Positions 9,605-20,695 of a DNA stretch of 64,000 nt are shown here, one piece after another (position 1 is the first letter of the stretch; every line of letters begins with the position of its first letter). Origin of the DNA: an uncultured Gemmatimonadales bacterium (GTDB lineage: Bacteria; Gemmatimonadota; Gemmatimonadetes; Gemmatimonadales; GWC2-71-9). The stretch is from assembly GCA_963828735.1 (NCBI GenBank), contig CAWHFW010000002.1, forward strand, positions 384,001 through 448,000. The letters run 5' to 3'. Position numbers and translations under genes: made by a program. The notes under the pieces are model-generated. The model had not been told where the DNA came from and made no database searches. It saw only the letters and a list, made by a program, of their open reading frames with translations.

Positions 9605-10629
9605 AGGATGACATCCCGCCCGTCGTCGGCCGACTTGTACACCGCGTCGATGATCCGGTGCAACACGAGGTGCTCCTGGAGCGAAGGGGCCTTGGCCTCG
9701 CCGGCGATGGCGGCCTCGAAATGCGCCCACTCAGCGCGGTACGACGCGGTGAAGGCGTTCTCGCGGCTGCCCGAGGCGGTCGGTGAGACGTCGACGGGCA
9801 TCCCGTGCAGCTCCTTCCACACCGTGAGCGGATTGATGGCGGCGGTACCCTTGCTGCCGCGGAGCCCCACGCCAAACCGCTCGCCCTCACCCACGTGGTG
9901 CCAGGTGACGTCGACGAAGAGCGACATGCCGTTCTCGCACACGACGAACGCACTGCCGCTCTGCTCGACGGCCCGCTCCTTCCCAGCCGCGTCGAGCGAC
10001 GCGCTGACACGAACCGGCGCCGGCGTGCCACCGAGCCAGAGACCGAGATCGAGGATCGAGAGCCCGAGGTCCAGCATGGCGCCGCCACCGGCCTGATCCC
10101 GGCGCTGGCGCCAGCCGAGCTGGTTGCGACTCGGACGGAAGACGTGCCAGCTGCCGCGCACGCTCTCCACGCGGCCGAGCTCGCCGCTCTGCACGAAGCT
10201 CCGGACGATCTGGACGTCGGGGCGGTACCGATGATTCATGCCGACCAGCAGCACGCGGTCGCGCTTCTCGGCCGCACGCATGATGCGTTGGACGCTCGCC
10301 GCCGACATCGCGAGCGGCTTCTCGACCAGGATGTGCACGTTGGCCGACAGCGCCGCCAGAATGTGGGACTCGTGCAGATGATTGGGCGAGCAGATCACCA
10401 CCGCCTCGAGACCCGGCGTGCGGAGCAGGTCTTCGATGTCGTCCAGCGCGTCGGGCACGCCGAACCGGTTGGCGAGCGCGCGCGCCTTGGGCGCATCAAG
10501 GTCGCAGATCGCCTGCACCTCGACGGATTTGAGCTTCTTGAGCGTGGGCAGGTGAGCCACCTGCGCGATGGCGCCCCCGCCGATGATCCCGACCCTGAGG
10601 CGCTCGCTCCCGCTCCGGCTCGCCGTCAT
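9601..10629 (-). CDS. Gfo/Idh/MocA family oxidoreductase
   Basis: VGIIGGGAIA, EKP, GGGAMLDLG. Confidence 0.9.
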   Translation of the reverse strand: MTASRSGSERLRVGIIGGGAIAQVAHLPTLKKLKSVEVQAICDLDAPKARALANRFGVPDALDDIEDLLRTPGLEAVVICSPNHLHESHILAALSANVHILVEKPLAMSAASVQRIMRAAEKRDRVLLVGMNHRYRPDVQIVRSFVQSGELGRVESVRGSWHVFRPSRNQLGWRQRRDQAGGGAMLDLGLSILDLGLWLGGTPAPVRVSASLDAAGKERAVEQSGSAFVVCENGMSLFVDVTWHHVGEGERFGVGLRGSKGTAAINPLTVWKELHGMPVDVSPTASGSRENAFTASYRAEWAHFEAAIAGEAKAPSLQEHLVLHRIIDAVYKSADDGRDVIL

Positions 10630-10642
10630 GTGGTGTCCCCCT

Positions 10643-11947
10643 TCAGTAGAGACGCTCGAGCACCGCGCCCGGATAGTACGCGGCGAGGATGCGCTCGTGG
10701 TCCTGTCCCGAGCGCGAGCGGCCGACCGCGCCCCATTGGCAAAACCCCACGCCGTGCCCCGCGCCGGCCCCATCCGCGACCAGGCGGGTGACCCGTCCGC
10801 CGTCCCGCGTGACGGTCAGCGTGAATGTGTTGCTCCGAAGCAGCTCGCCCGATGGCGGCCGCAGGACCCGGCGGACGTTCGGTCCGTCCACGAGCACGTC
10901 ACCGCGTCGAAGGCCGACGGTGAGTTGGCCGACGCGCCCCGAGCGGGTCAGGTAGGAGACCCGCACGTCCCGGATCTCGCTCAGGTCCGAAGCCACCGCC
11001 GTCGACCCACCGCCGGCCGGGAGCGCGGGCAGCGTACGCTGCAGCGTCGCGCGCAGCTCCGGCCCGCTCCACTCCTCGTGCCAGCGGAAGCGTGGCGACA
11101 GACTGCAGTAGGCCGTGCCGTCGTCCGCCGCGTCGGACACGGAGCGCAGGTAGGGGCGGTCGGCGCCGCGAAACACCTCGGTGCCGTCGGCGGTGCGCCC
11201 ACCACAGGTGGAATAGAAAAAGGCGTCGATCGGCGCCCCACCGTAGGTGAGGATTCGTCCCCGGGTGGCGTCCACCGCCGCGCGCCCTTCGGGGGTCTCG
11301 GTTGCAGCGCCTCCGTATACCTGATCGGCCACGGTCGCGTAGAGATCGAAGCCCAGCGCCTGCCAGCGTCGCAGATTCCGCAGGGCGAACGTGCGCGAGA
11401 CGATCGCCTGTGCGCGGAGCGCCTCCTGCTCACCCGGGCTCCGGCGCCCCATCTCCGCGCTCACCACCCCGACGAGGTAGGACTCCATCGGAAGCCGGTC
11501 CACCACGGTTACCCCGGTCCGATCGCGCAGCGCCACGATGGTGCCCCGGTAGGGGCGTCCGTTCACGAGCACCGGCGCGTTGGGACTCGGTGAGCCGATC
11601 TCGAGCACGTCGGTCGGCGCGCTCGCGGCGCCGCCAGGCGACAGCACCACCACGCCGGTACCGTTCACCGCCACCCGCCACGTTTCGCCGGTCGGGATCT
11701 CCGCAAGCCGCGCGCCGGACGGGTCGCTCACGCTGAGCCCTGCCGTGCCCGACACCGAGGCCGCCGTCGCGCCGACCATGAGTCCGACGCGTATCGTCGG
11801 CTCGGTCGGGCCCTCGGCGGGAGGTCCGGGCGCCGCCGGTGTCGGCGGTGCCTCGGGCACCGACACCGGGGTTGGCGCGGGAGGCGCGGCCGCCGGGCTG
11901 CAACTCGCGATCACGACAGCCGCCAGCGCCGCGGAGGAGAGGCCCAC
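10643..11947 (-). CDS. SpoIID/LytB domain lipoprotein (peptidoglycan lytic enzyme)
   Basis: YLVGVVSAEM, AQAIVSRT, DQVYGG, STCGG, GHGVGFCQWGA; lipobox-like IASC; start uncertain. Confidence 0.85.
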   Translation of the reverse strand: MGLSSAALAAVVIASCSPAAAPPAPTPVSVPEAPPTPAAPGPPAEGPTEPTIRVGLMVGATAASVSGTAGLSVSDPSGARLAEIPTGETWRVAVNGTGVVVLSPGGAASAPTDVLEIGSPSPNAPVLVNGRPYRGTIVALRDRTGVTVVDRLPMESYLVGVVSAEMGRRSPGEQEALRAQAIVSRTFALRNLRRWQALGFDLYATVADQVYGGAATETPEGRAAVDATRGRILTYGGAPIDAFFYSTCGGRTADGTEVFRGADRPYLRSVSDAADDGTAYCSLSPRFRWHEEWSGPELRATLQRTLPALPAGGGSTAVASDLSEIRDVRVSYLTRSGRVGQLTVGLRRGDVLVDGPNVRRVLRPPSGELLRSNTFTLTVTRDGGRVTRLVADGAGAGHGVGFCQWGAVGRSRSGQDHERILAAYYPGAVLERLY

Positions 11948-11987
11948 GACGCTCCAGCATTGCAGCCGGGCGCGGACGTCCCCGCCC

Positions 11988-12491
11988 TCAGCCGCGGTAG
12001 TTGCCAAACTTGAGCTCGATGCCGAAATCCTGGCCCCGGAGGAAGGCGATAATGGCCTGGAGCTCGTCCCGTGAAGGGCTGGAGACCCGAATCTCATCGC
12101 CCTGGATCGTGGCCTGCGCCTTCTTGAAACCGCCGTCCTTGACGGCCTTGATGATCCGCTTGGCCGCGTCCTGCGGGATGCCCTGGGTCAGCTTGACCGT
12201 CCGGCGGACCGATTGGCCGGTGGCGGCGATCAGCTCCCCCACGTCCAGATTTTTCACGGGGACGCCGCGCTTGATCATGCGCCCCTGGAGAACGTCCACC
12301 AGTGCGTCCATTCGGAATTCGTCGTCGGCCGCGAGTCGAATCTCGGCCTTGGGGCGATCGAACTCGACGGTGCAGTGCGTGCCCTTGAAGTCATAGCGCT
12401 GGGCGATCTCCTTCAGCGCCTGATTGACGGCGTTGTCGACTTCCTGCAGGTCGGCGCCCGTCGATACGTCGAACGAAGGATTGCTGGCCAT
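11988..12491 (-). CDS. yajQ: YajQ family nucleotide / c-di-GMP-binding protein
   Basis: PSFDVS, EVDNAVNQA, RYDFKG, IQGDEIRV, NYR end. Confidence 0.93.
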   Translation of the reverse strand: MASNPSFDVSTGADLQEVDNAVNQALKEIAQRYDFKGTHCTVEFDRPKAEIRLAADDEFRMDALVDVLQGRMIKRGVPVKNLDVGELIAATGQSVRRTVKLTQGIPQDAAKRIIKAVKDGGFKKAQATIQGDEIRVSSPSRDELQAIIAFLRGQDFGIELKFGNYRG

Positions 12492-12563
12492 GGAGTGGTG
12501 GCGCGAGGGTGGAAGACAGGTCGGTGTCGGCGGATGCGGGAAGGATTACCCGGGGCCCCGCGC

Positions 12564-12592
12564 TTGACAACCCTTTCGGCCGTCACTAGTCT
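12564..12592 (+). promoter_or_regulatory. Sigma-70 promoter of met operon leader
   Basis: TTGACA (12564-12569), N17, TAGTCT (12587-12592); predicted TSS near 12599, just before the riboswitch. Confidence 0.75.
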
Positions 12593-12598
12593 CACGCT

Positions 12599-12679
12599 CA
12601 CGGCGGCCGACTTAAGGCCACTTGCTCCCGCCGGTGCCTCGGATGGTCCGGGACACGAACAAACAAGCTAAAGCGCCGG
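12599..12679 (+). ncRNA. SAM-II-like riboswitch (long-loop variant)
   Basis: P1 CGGCGG (12601-06)/CCGCCG (12628-33); CCGACUU loop; CUUG pairing with CAAG; 3' AAACAAGCUAAAG signature; inserted hairpin 12634-12656; upstream of metY/metX. Confidence 0.72.
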
Positions 12680-12746
12680 ATGCACGCCCTCCGAGCGCAC
12701 CTGGCCGGGGGGCGTCGTGTTTGGCCCCCAGACACACGAGAATTCC

Positions 12747-12845
12747 ATGCGGCCTCGCGCGAGCTGCTGTCGAATGATGCCCTACTGCCCCTGTCCGGGG
12801 TGGACGGCGTCATCGGCGCATGCGCGTGGAAGCGGCGGGGTCTAA
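12747..12845 (+). CDS. Putative 32-aa Cys/Met-rich leader peptide MRPRASCCRMMPYCPCPGWTASSAHARGSGGV
   Basis: Hand translation; 4 Cys and 2 Met within a 10-codon core; stop lies 20 nt before a terminator; upstream of Met biosynthesis genes. Confidence 0.65.
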   Translation: MRPRASCCRMMPYCPCPGWTASSAHARGSGGV

Positions 12846-15308
<2,463 letters not shown>

Positions 15309-15325
<17 letters not shown>

Positions 15326-15823
15326 GCTGGTTCACGCCAACGAGGCGTATGCCAGCACGTTTCGCCACGGCGAGCTGGCGCTCCCTCCGAGGCGCTACAT
15401 CGCCATTCTCACTGCATGGACGCCCGAATCCTTCCGTCGCGAGCCTTCGGCCTCGAGGAAGGCGACGCGCACGTCATCCGGAACGCCGGCGGGCGCGCCC
15501 GCGACGCCCTGCGCTCTCTCGTCATCTCTCAGCGTTTGCTCGGAACGCGTGAGGTCGCCATCATCCACCATACGGACTGCGGCATGCTGACGTTCAGCAA
15601 TCGGGATCTCCGGGAGAAAGTCCGCGAGGACCTGGACCAGGACACGGGCGAGTTCGACTTTCTACCGTTCAAGGACCTGGATGAGAGCGTGCGCGAGGAT
15701 ATCGAGTTCCTGCTCGCCACCCAGCTTCTCGACCCGGCGACGATCATCCGAGGATTCGTTTATGACGTCCGGACGGGACGGGCGCGCGAAGTGACACTCG
15801 AGACGGCGGACCACGCCCGGTGA
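15309..15823 (+). CDS. Beta-class carbonic anhydrase, clade D (Rv1284-like); one base missing near 15413
   Basis: MPVIDELVHAN...AILT then a frame change to CMDAR; IRNAGG, ISQRLLGTRE, HHTDCGML, GFVYDV. Confidence 0.85.
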
Positions 15824-16854
15824 CCTTGATCGGCGAAGGCCCAGCCACGACGGAGCTGGCCCTCGGCACGTTCGTCGGGGCCGACGGTCAACCACTCTCC
15901 GGCCTGCGGCTCCGATACCGGGTCGTGGGTAATCTCGACGCTGCGCGCGAGAACGGATGGATCCTGGTGTTCCACGCGCTCACGGGCAGCGCGGATGCCG
16001 AGGCCTGGTGGGGCCCTCTCATCGGCCCCGGTCGGGCGCTGGACACGTCACGGCACGCGCTCGTGTCGGCGAATCTGCTGGGGAGCTGCTACGGCTCGAC
16101 GGGACCTCAGGAGTGGGCGACCGAGCACGACGAGCCGTTTCCCGATCTCACCCCCGCCGATCTCGCACTCGCGCACGTGCCACTCCTGGAACACCTCGGC
16201 GTCGAGCGACTGGCGTTGGCCACGGGCGGCTCGCTGGGCGGCATGGTGGCACTTGAGTGGGGACGGCTGTCGAGCGTGCCGCTCGACCGGCTCGTGGTCT
16301 TCGCGGCCCCGGCGGCCACGTCGGCGCAGGCCATCGCGTGGAACACGGTCCAGCGCATGGCGATCGAGGCCGACCCCGCCTGGCGTCGCGGACGCTACCT
16401 CCCCGGCCACGGACCCACGGCGGGACTGGCCGCGGCGCGCGCGCTGGCGATGATCACCTATCGATCGGGGGTCGAATTCGACGCCCGCTTCGGGCGTATG
16501 TCCTCACGCACCGCGGGCAGATTTGACGTGGACCACTACCTCAGGCGGCAAGGGGACAAACTGGTGGCCCGGTTCGACGCGGCGAGCTACATCGCGCTCA
16601 TGCGCGCGATGGACCTGCACGACCTGGGAGACCTCGAGGCGGCCGCGCGGGCAACCGCCGCGCGCGTGAAGACGGTGGTCGGAGTGGGGGTGGATACCGA
16701 TCTGCTGTATTTACCGGGGGAAGTGCGGGCCTGGACGGACGCATACCGCGCGGCCGGCATGGACGCGCGGTATCGCGAAATCCGTTCGGCGTCGGGTCAC
16801 GACGCCTTCCTCATCGAGTGGGATCAGGTCGAGGGGATCCTCCGCGAGGCCTAG
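15820..16854 (+). CDS. metX: Homoserine O-acetyltransferase
   Basis: HALTG, NLLGSCYGSTGP, GGSLGGM, GHDAFL; GTG overlaps carbonic anhydrase stop. Confidence 0.9.
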   Translation: MTLIGEGPATTELALGTFVGADGQPLSGLRLRYRVVGNLDAARENGWILVFHALTGSADAEAWWGPLIGPGRALDTSRHALVSANLLGSCYGSTGPQEWATEHDEPFPDLTPADLALAHVPLLEHLGVERLALATGGSLGGMVALEWGRLSSVPLDRLVVFAAPAATSAQAIAWNTVQRMAIEADPAWRRGRYLPGHGPTAGLAAARALAMITYRSGVEFDARFGRMSSRTAGRFDVDHYLRRQGDKLVARFDAASYIALMRAMDLHDLGDLEAAARATAARVKTVVGVGVDTDLLYLPGEVRAWTDAYRAAGMDARYREIRSASGHDAFLIEWDQVEGILREA

Positions 16855-17255
16855 ATCCTTCCATCCGGCCGCTGGTGGCGCCGGCCCCGGTGCCACGGGC
16901 GGTGTAGTCGCATTCCCCGCTCCTCCAACCCTGCCCCTCGCCGATCACCGTGACTCTCCCACATCTGGCCCGTGCGGGCCCACGTGCGTGCCCGCATCCT
17001 CTGGCCGTCGCGCGAGGCCCAGCGACCCCGGAGGTGCCAGCGTCCGCTCCACCGTTCCATCCGCTCGCCTTTCCATTGCAGGTGCCTGCCGCGGCGCTCC
17101 ATGCGCGAGGCGTGATGGCGCTGCTGATTGTCCCGCCCCGGGCCCGAGGCCTGCGGGGCGGAAAGCGAATCGGGCGAAGTCACCTGGGCGGACGCCGGCG
17201 CGACCACGAGGACGCATGCCACGAGGATGGTACACAGCCGAATGCCGCCGGTCAT
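16851..17255 (-). CDS. Hypothetical secreted Arg/Trp-rich protein
   Basis: GGAGG RBS; signal peptide ending ASA-Q; basic low-complexity body. Confidence 0.55.
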   Translation of the reverse strand: MTGGIRLCTILVACVLVVAPASAQVTSPDSLSAPQASGPGRDNQQRHHASRMERRGRHLQWKGERMERWSGRWHLRGRWASRDGQRMRARTWARTGQMWESHGDRRGAGLEERGMRLHRPWHRGRRHQRPDGRI

Positions 17256-17392
17256 GGATTCCTCCCGCGGGATACGCTGCTCGTCTTGGATGGTGAGGTA
17301 ACGGTCGGTAGACGCGTGCGGGCCGTCGACGTTAAGCCGACGGGGTTACGGCGGGATTACGACTGGTCAGCGGGTGCGGCGAGCGGCCGGAA

Positions 17393-18262
17393 TCAGGCCA
17401 GGAAGCTCTCGAGCGCGCGGGCACGGCTCACGTGACGCAGCCGGCTCAACGCCTTCTCCTTGATCTGGCGCACCCGCTCGCGGGTGATCCCGAGAAGGCT
17501 GCCGATCTCTTCGAGGGTCATCGGCTCGGGCCCGTCGAGGCCGAAATAGAGCCGGAGGATCTTCGCCTCCCGCTCCTTGAGCGTCGAGAGCACTTCCTCG
17601 ATGGACTCGGTGAGCGCGTGCTCGAAGGTCTCGGAGTCGGGGCCGGGATTCTGGGTATCCGGCAGGTAGTCGAGAAGCTTGTTGTCTTCGCCCGGAGTGA
17701 GCGGCGCGTCGAGCGAGAGGTGGTTCTGGGAGATGGAAAGGGTTTTCTGCACCTCCTCCATCGAGATATCCATGCCCTCGGCGATCTCGGAGGGCGTGGG
17801 CTCCCGGCCCAGCTCCTGGAGCAGCATGGAGGACCGTTTGCCGATCCGGTGAAGCGTCCCCGCGCGGTTGAGCGGGACTCGGACGATCCGGCTCTGCTCG
17901 GCGAGCGCCTGCAGGATGGCCTGCCGGATCCACCAGACGGCATACGAGATGAACTTGATGCCCTTCGTTTCGTCGAACTTATGGGCGGCCCGGATGAGCC
18001 CGAGGTTGCCCTCGTTGATCAGGTCCGCGAGCGACACGCCTTGGTTCTGATACTTCTTGGCGACCGAGACCACGAAGCGGAGGTTGCTGCGCACGAGCTT
18101 GTCCAACGCCTCCCCGTCACCCGTGCGGATGCGCTGGGCGAGCCTGACCTCTTCCTCCTGCGGAATCAGCGGATACTTGCTGATCTCGCGGAGGTACTGG
18201 TCGAGCGATCCCTCATCGAACGAAGGACCTCGCCTGCCGGCACCAACCTGCATTGGACGCAT
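17393..18262 (-). CDS. RNA polymerase sigma-70 factor (RpoD/RpoS-like, no region 1.1)
   Basis: SLDQYLREI, NLRFVVSVAKKY, KFISYAVWWIRQ, TRERVRQI. Confidence 0.93.
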   Translation of the reverse strand: MRPMQVGAGRRGPSFDEGSLDQYLREISKYPLIPQEEEVRLAQRIRTGDGEALDKLVRSNLRFVVSVAKKYQNQGVSLADLINEGNLGLIRAAHKFDETKGIKFISYAVWWIRQAILQALAEQSRIVRVPLNRAGTLHRIGKRSSMLLQELGREPTPSEIAEGMDISMEEVQKTLSISQNHLSLDAPLTPGEDNKLLDYLPDTQNPGPDSETFEHALTESIEEVLSTLKEREAKILRLYFGLDGPEPMTLEEIGSLLGITRERVRQIKEKALSRLRHVSRARALESFLA

Positions 18263-18460
18263 GTGACTCAGCCTCGAACTGAATGGGGCGGGACTCGTGC
18301 AGCGGCGCGGCGTTCACGTGACCATCCCCTGCACCACACCGGAAGGACCTCGACTGGAGACGAAACCTGACGAACCTTACTCTCCGTGGAAGCGGTCGGC
18401 AACGGGTCCGTCGCGCCACCGGCGCGCGCCGGTCATCCGTCACATGGCCGTCGCGAGGCG

Positions 18461-19951
18461 CTACACGTCGTACGTGTCGATCTGCGCCCGCTGCAGCTTT
18501 CCGGAGTAGTCCACGTAGCCCACCTTGGTCTCGGAGTAGAACTCGAAGACTTCCCACCCGCCCTCGCGGTGGCCGTTGCCGGTCGCCTTCACACCGCCAA
18601 AGGGCAGATGCGCCTCGGCGCCGATGGTCGGCGCGTTGACGTAGGTGATGCCGTTGTCGAGCTCCTGAAGCGCGCGGAACGCGAGGTTCACGTCCCCAGT
18701 GTAGACGCTGCTCGAGAGCCCGTACCGCACGCCATTGTTCACCCGCACCGCCTCGTCGAACGAACCGACCCGCACGACGCTCAAGACCGGCCCGAAGATC
18801 TCCTCCTGCTCGAGCCGACTGCCGGCGCGAACGCCCGCAAAGACGGTGGGCCGGTAGAACCAGCCGCGGCCGAGCTTGCCACGCGGGGCCGACCCGCCGG
18901 TCACCAGCTCCGCGCCCTGACCCCGGCCGATCTCGACATACCGCTCGACCTTGTCGCGCGAGGCTTCGTGGATGAGGGGACCGACGTCGGTCTTGCCCGC
19001 TCGGCCGTCGCCAAGCCGTAGGCCCTCGGCCGCGTCCACCAGTCGGCGCAGGAAGCGGTCGTGCACCTTCTTGTGCAGTACGAGACGACTGGTGGCGGTG
19101 CACCGCTGACCGGTCGTGCCGAACGCGCCCCAGAGCACACCTTCCAGCGCGAGATCGAGATCGGCGTCGTCCATTACGATCATGGCGTTCTTCCCACCCA
19201 TCTCGAGCGACAACCGCTTGTGCATGCGGCCGCAGGTCTCGCCGATGATCGCGCCCGTGTCGGTGGAGCCCGTAAAGGAGATCACCGGCACGCCGCGATG
19301 CTCGACCAGGGCCTTGCCGACGGTCTCGCCGCGCCCATGTACCAGCTGCACGACTTCGGGCGGCAGGCCGGCCTCGAGCAGGATCTCCACCAGCAGGTGC
19401 ACGGTGTGGGGAACGTCCTCGGACGGCTTGATGATCACGGCGTTCCCGCAGAGCAGCGCCGGAAACATCTTCCAGGTGGGAATGGCCATCGGGAAGTTGA
19501 ACGGCGTGATCAGGCCCACGATCCCGATCGGCCGCCGGAAGCTCATCGCCCACTTCGAGCGGAGCTCGGAGGGGACGGTGTGCCCGAAGAGCCGCCGACC
19601 CTCGGTGGCCGCGTAGTAGGCGGTGTCGATGCCTTCCTGCACGTCGCCCCGCGCTTCGGCGAGTACCTTGCCCATCTCGCGGGTCATCGCGTCGGCGATG
19701 GCTTCCTTTCGCTCGACCAGCAGGTCTCCCACCCGGCGCAGCACGTCGCCCCGCACCGGCGCGGGGGTGCGGGACCAGAGCGCGAAGCCCTGCTTGGCGG
19801 AGCGCACCGCGGCTTCGATATCGGCCTCGTCCGAATCCGGGAAGCGCCCGATGAGGTCATCGGTGTCGGCCGGGTTGCGATTGTCGAAGTAGGCGCCGTT
19901 TCGCGGCGCCACCCATTCGCCGCCGATGAAGTTGCGGAACGTCTTAGCCAT
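18461..19951 (-). CDS. Aldehyde dehydrogenase family protein
   Basis: PFNFP, FTGS, LEMGGKN, GQRCT, EEIFGP. Confidence 0.93.
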   Translation of the reverse strand: MAKTFRNFIGGEWVAPRNGAYFDNRNPADTDDLIGRFPDSDEADIEAAVRSAKQGFALWSRTPAPVRGDVLRRVGDLLVERKEAIADAMTREMGKVLAEARGDVQEGIDTAYYAATEGRRLFGHTVPSELRSKWAMSFRRPIGIVGLITPFNFPMAIPTWKMFPALLCGNAVIIKPSEDVPHTVHLLVEILLEAGLPPEVVQLVHGRGETVGKALVEHRGVPVISFTGSTDTGAIIGETCGRMHKRLSLEMGGKNAMIVMDDADLDLALEGVLWGAFGTTGQRCTATSRLVLHKKVHDRFLRRLVDAAEGLRLGDGRAGKTDVGPLIHEASRDKVERYVEIGRGQGAELVTGGSAPRGKLGRGWFYRPTVFAGVRAGSRLEQEEIFGPVLSVVRVGSFDEAVRVNNGVRYGLSSSVYTGDVNLAFRALQELDNGITYVNAPTIGAEAHLPFGGVKATGNGHREGGWEVFEFYSETKVGYVDYSGKLQRAQIDTYDV

Positions 19952-19989
19952 AAAGCCCGAAGCTGAGGTGAGCGACGGTCGTCAGGCCG

Positions 19990-20695
19990 CTACGGACGCG
20001 CGGGTGACGGCTGCGCGGGCGACGGCTGCGCGGGCGCGGGCTGCGTCGGTGCGGGCTGCGTCGGTGCGGGCTGCGTCGGTGCGGGCTGCGTCGGTGCGGG
20101 CTGCGTCGGTGCGGGCTGCGTCGGTGCGGGCTGCGTCGGTGCGGGTTGGGCGGGAGACGTCTGGGCCGGCGCGGTCGGTCGGGGCGTCGTCTGTGCAGGC
20201 GCCGCTCTGGTCGGTGTGGTCGTGCCCGTCGCCTCACACATCCACGTGCGCGCCGTCCGGGCATATCCGACCCGAGGGAGCACTTCACGTACTGCGACCG
20301 TGGCCGCCCACGCCATCACGAGCAGCGCGAGCACGTGGGCGAAGGGGCGTCGGTGGGACCAGCTCGCCAGCGCGCCCAGCACGGCGACCAGCGCGGTGAT
20401 GCCCGCCGCGCCGAGGTAGAAGAAGAGCTGCGAGACCGCAGGAACGTTGGTAGGGCCAGATCACGAGCGCTGCCGCCAGCCCCACCGCCAGCGCTACCCA
20501 GAACCAGGTGAGCGCGACCGAACGCCGCCGCGGCGGCGCGATGCCTGCCGGCACCGTCGGGCGGGGCGCCGCCGGCACGGGTGGCGACCCGCCGACCGGT
20601 GCCGAGCCGCCCGCCGGCGCGTTGCCCTGCTGCTGTGCGATCACCCGATCGATGTCGGCCAGCTCGCGCTCCCAGTTCCTCGGCTGCTCGCTCAT
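19990..20695 (-). CDS. Hypothetical membrane protein with PAPTQ-repeat tail; one extra base near 20431
   Basis: ORFs 20285-20695 and 19990-20382 join into one multi-TM protein if one base is removed at TGC GGT CTC (G) CAG CTC. Confidence 0.7.
20006..20150. repeat. 15-bp tandem repeat
   Basis: Seven exact GCGGGCTGCGTCGGT copies (20036-20140) plus degenerate flanking copies. Confidence 0.95.

Noticed and set aside
20006..20150. CRISPR array
   Set aside because: Head-to-tail 15-bp units without spacers, in frame in a CDS; no cas genes
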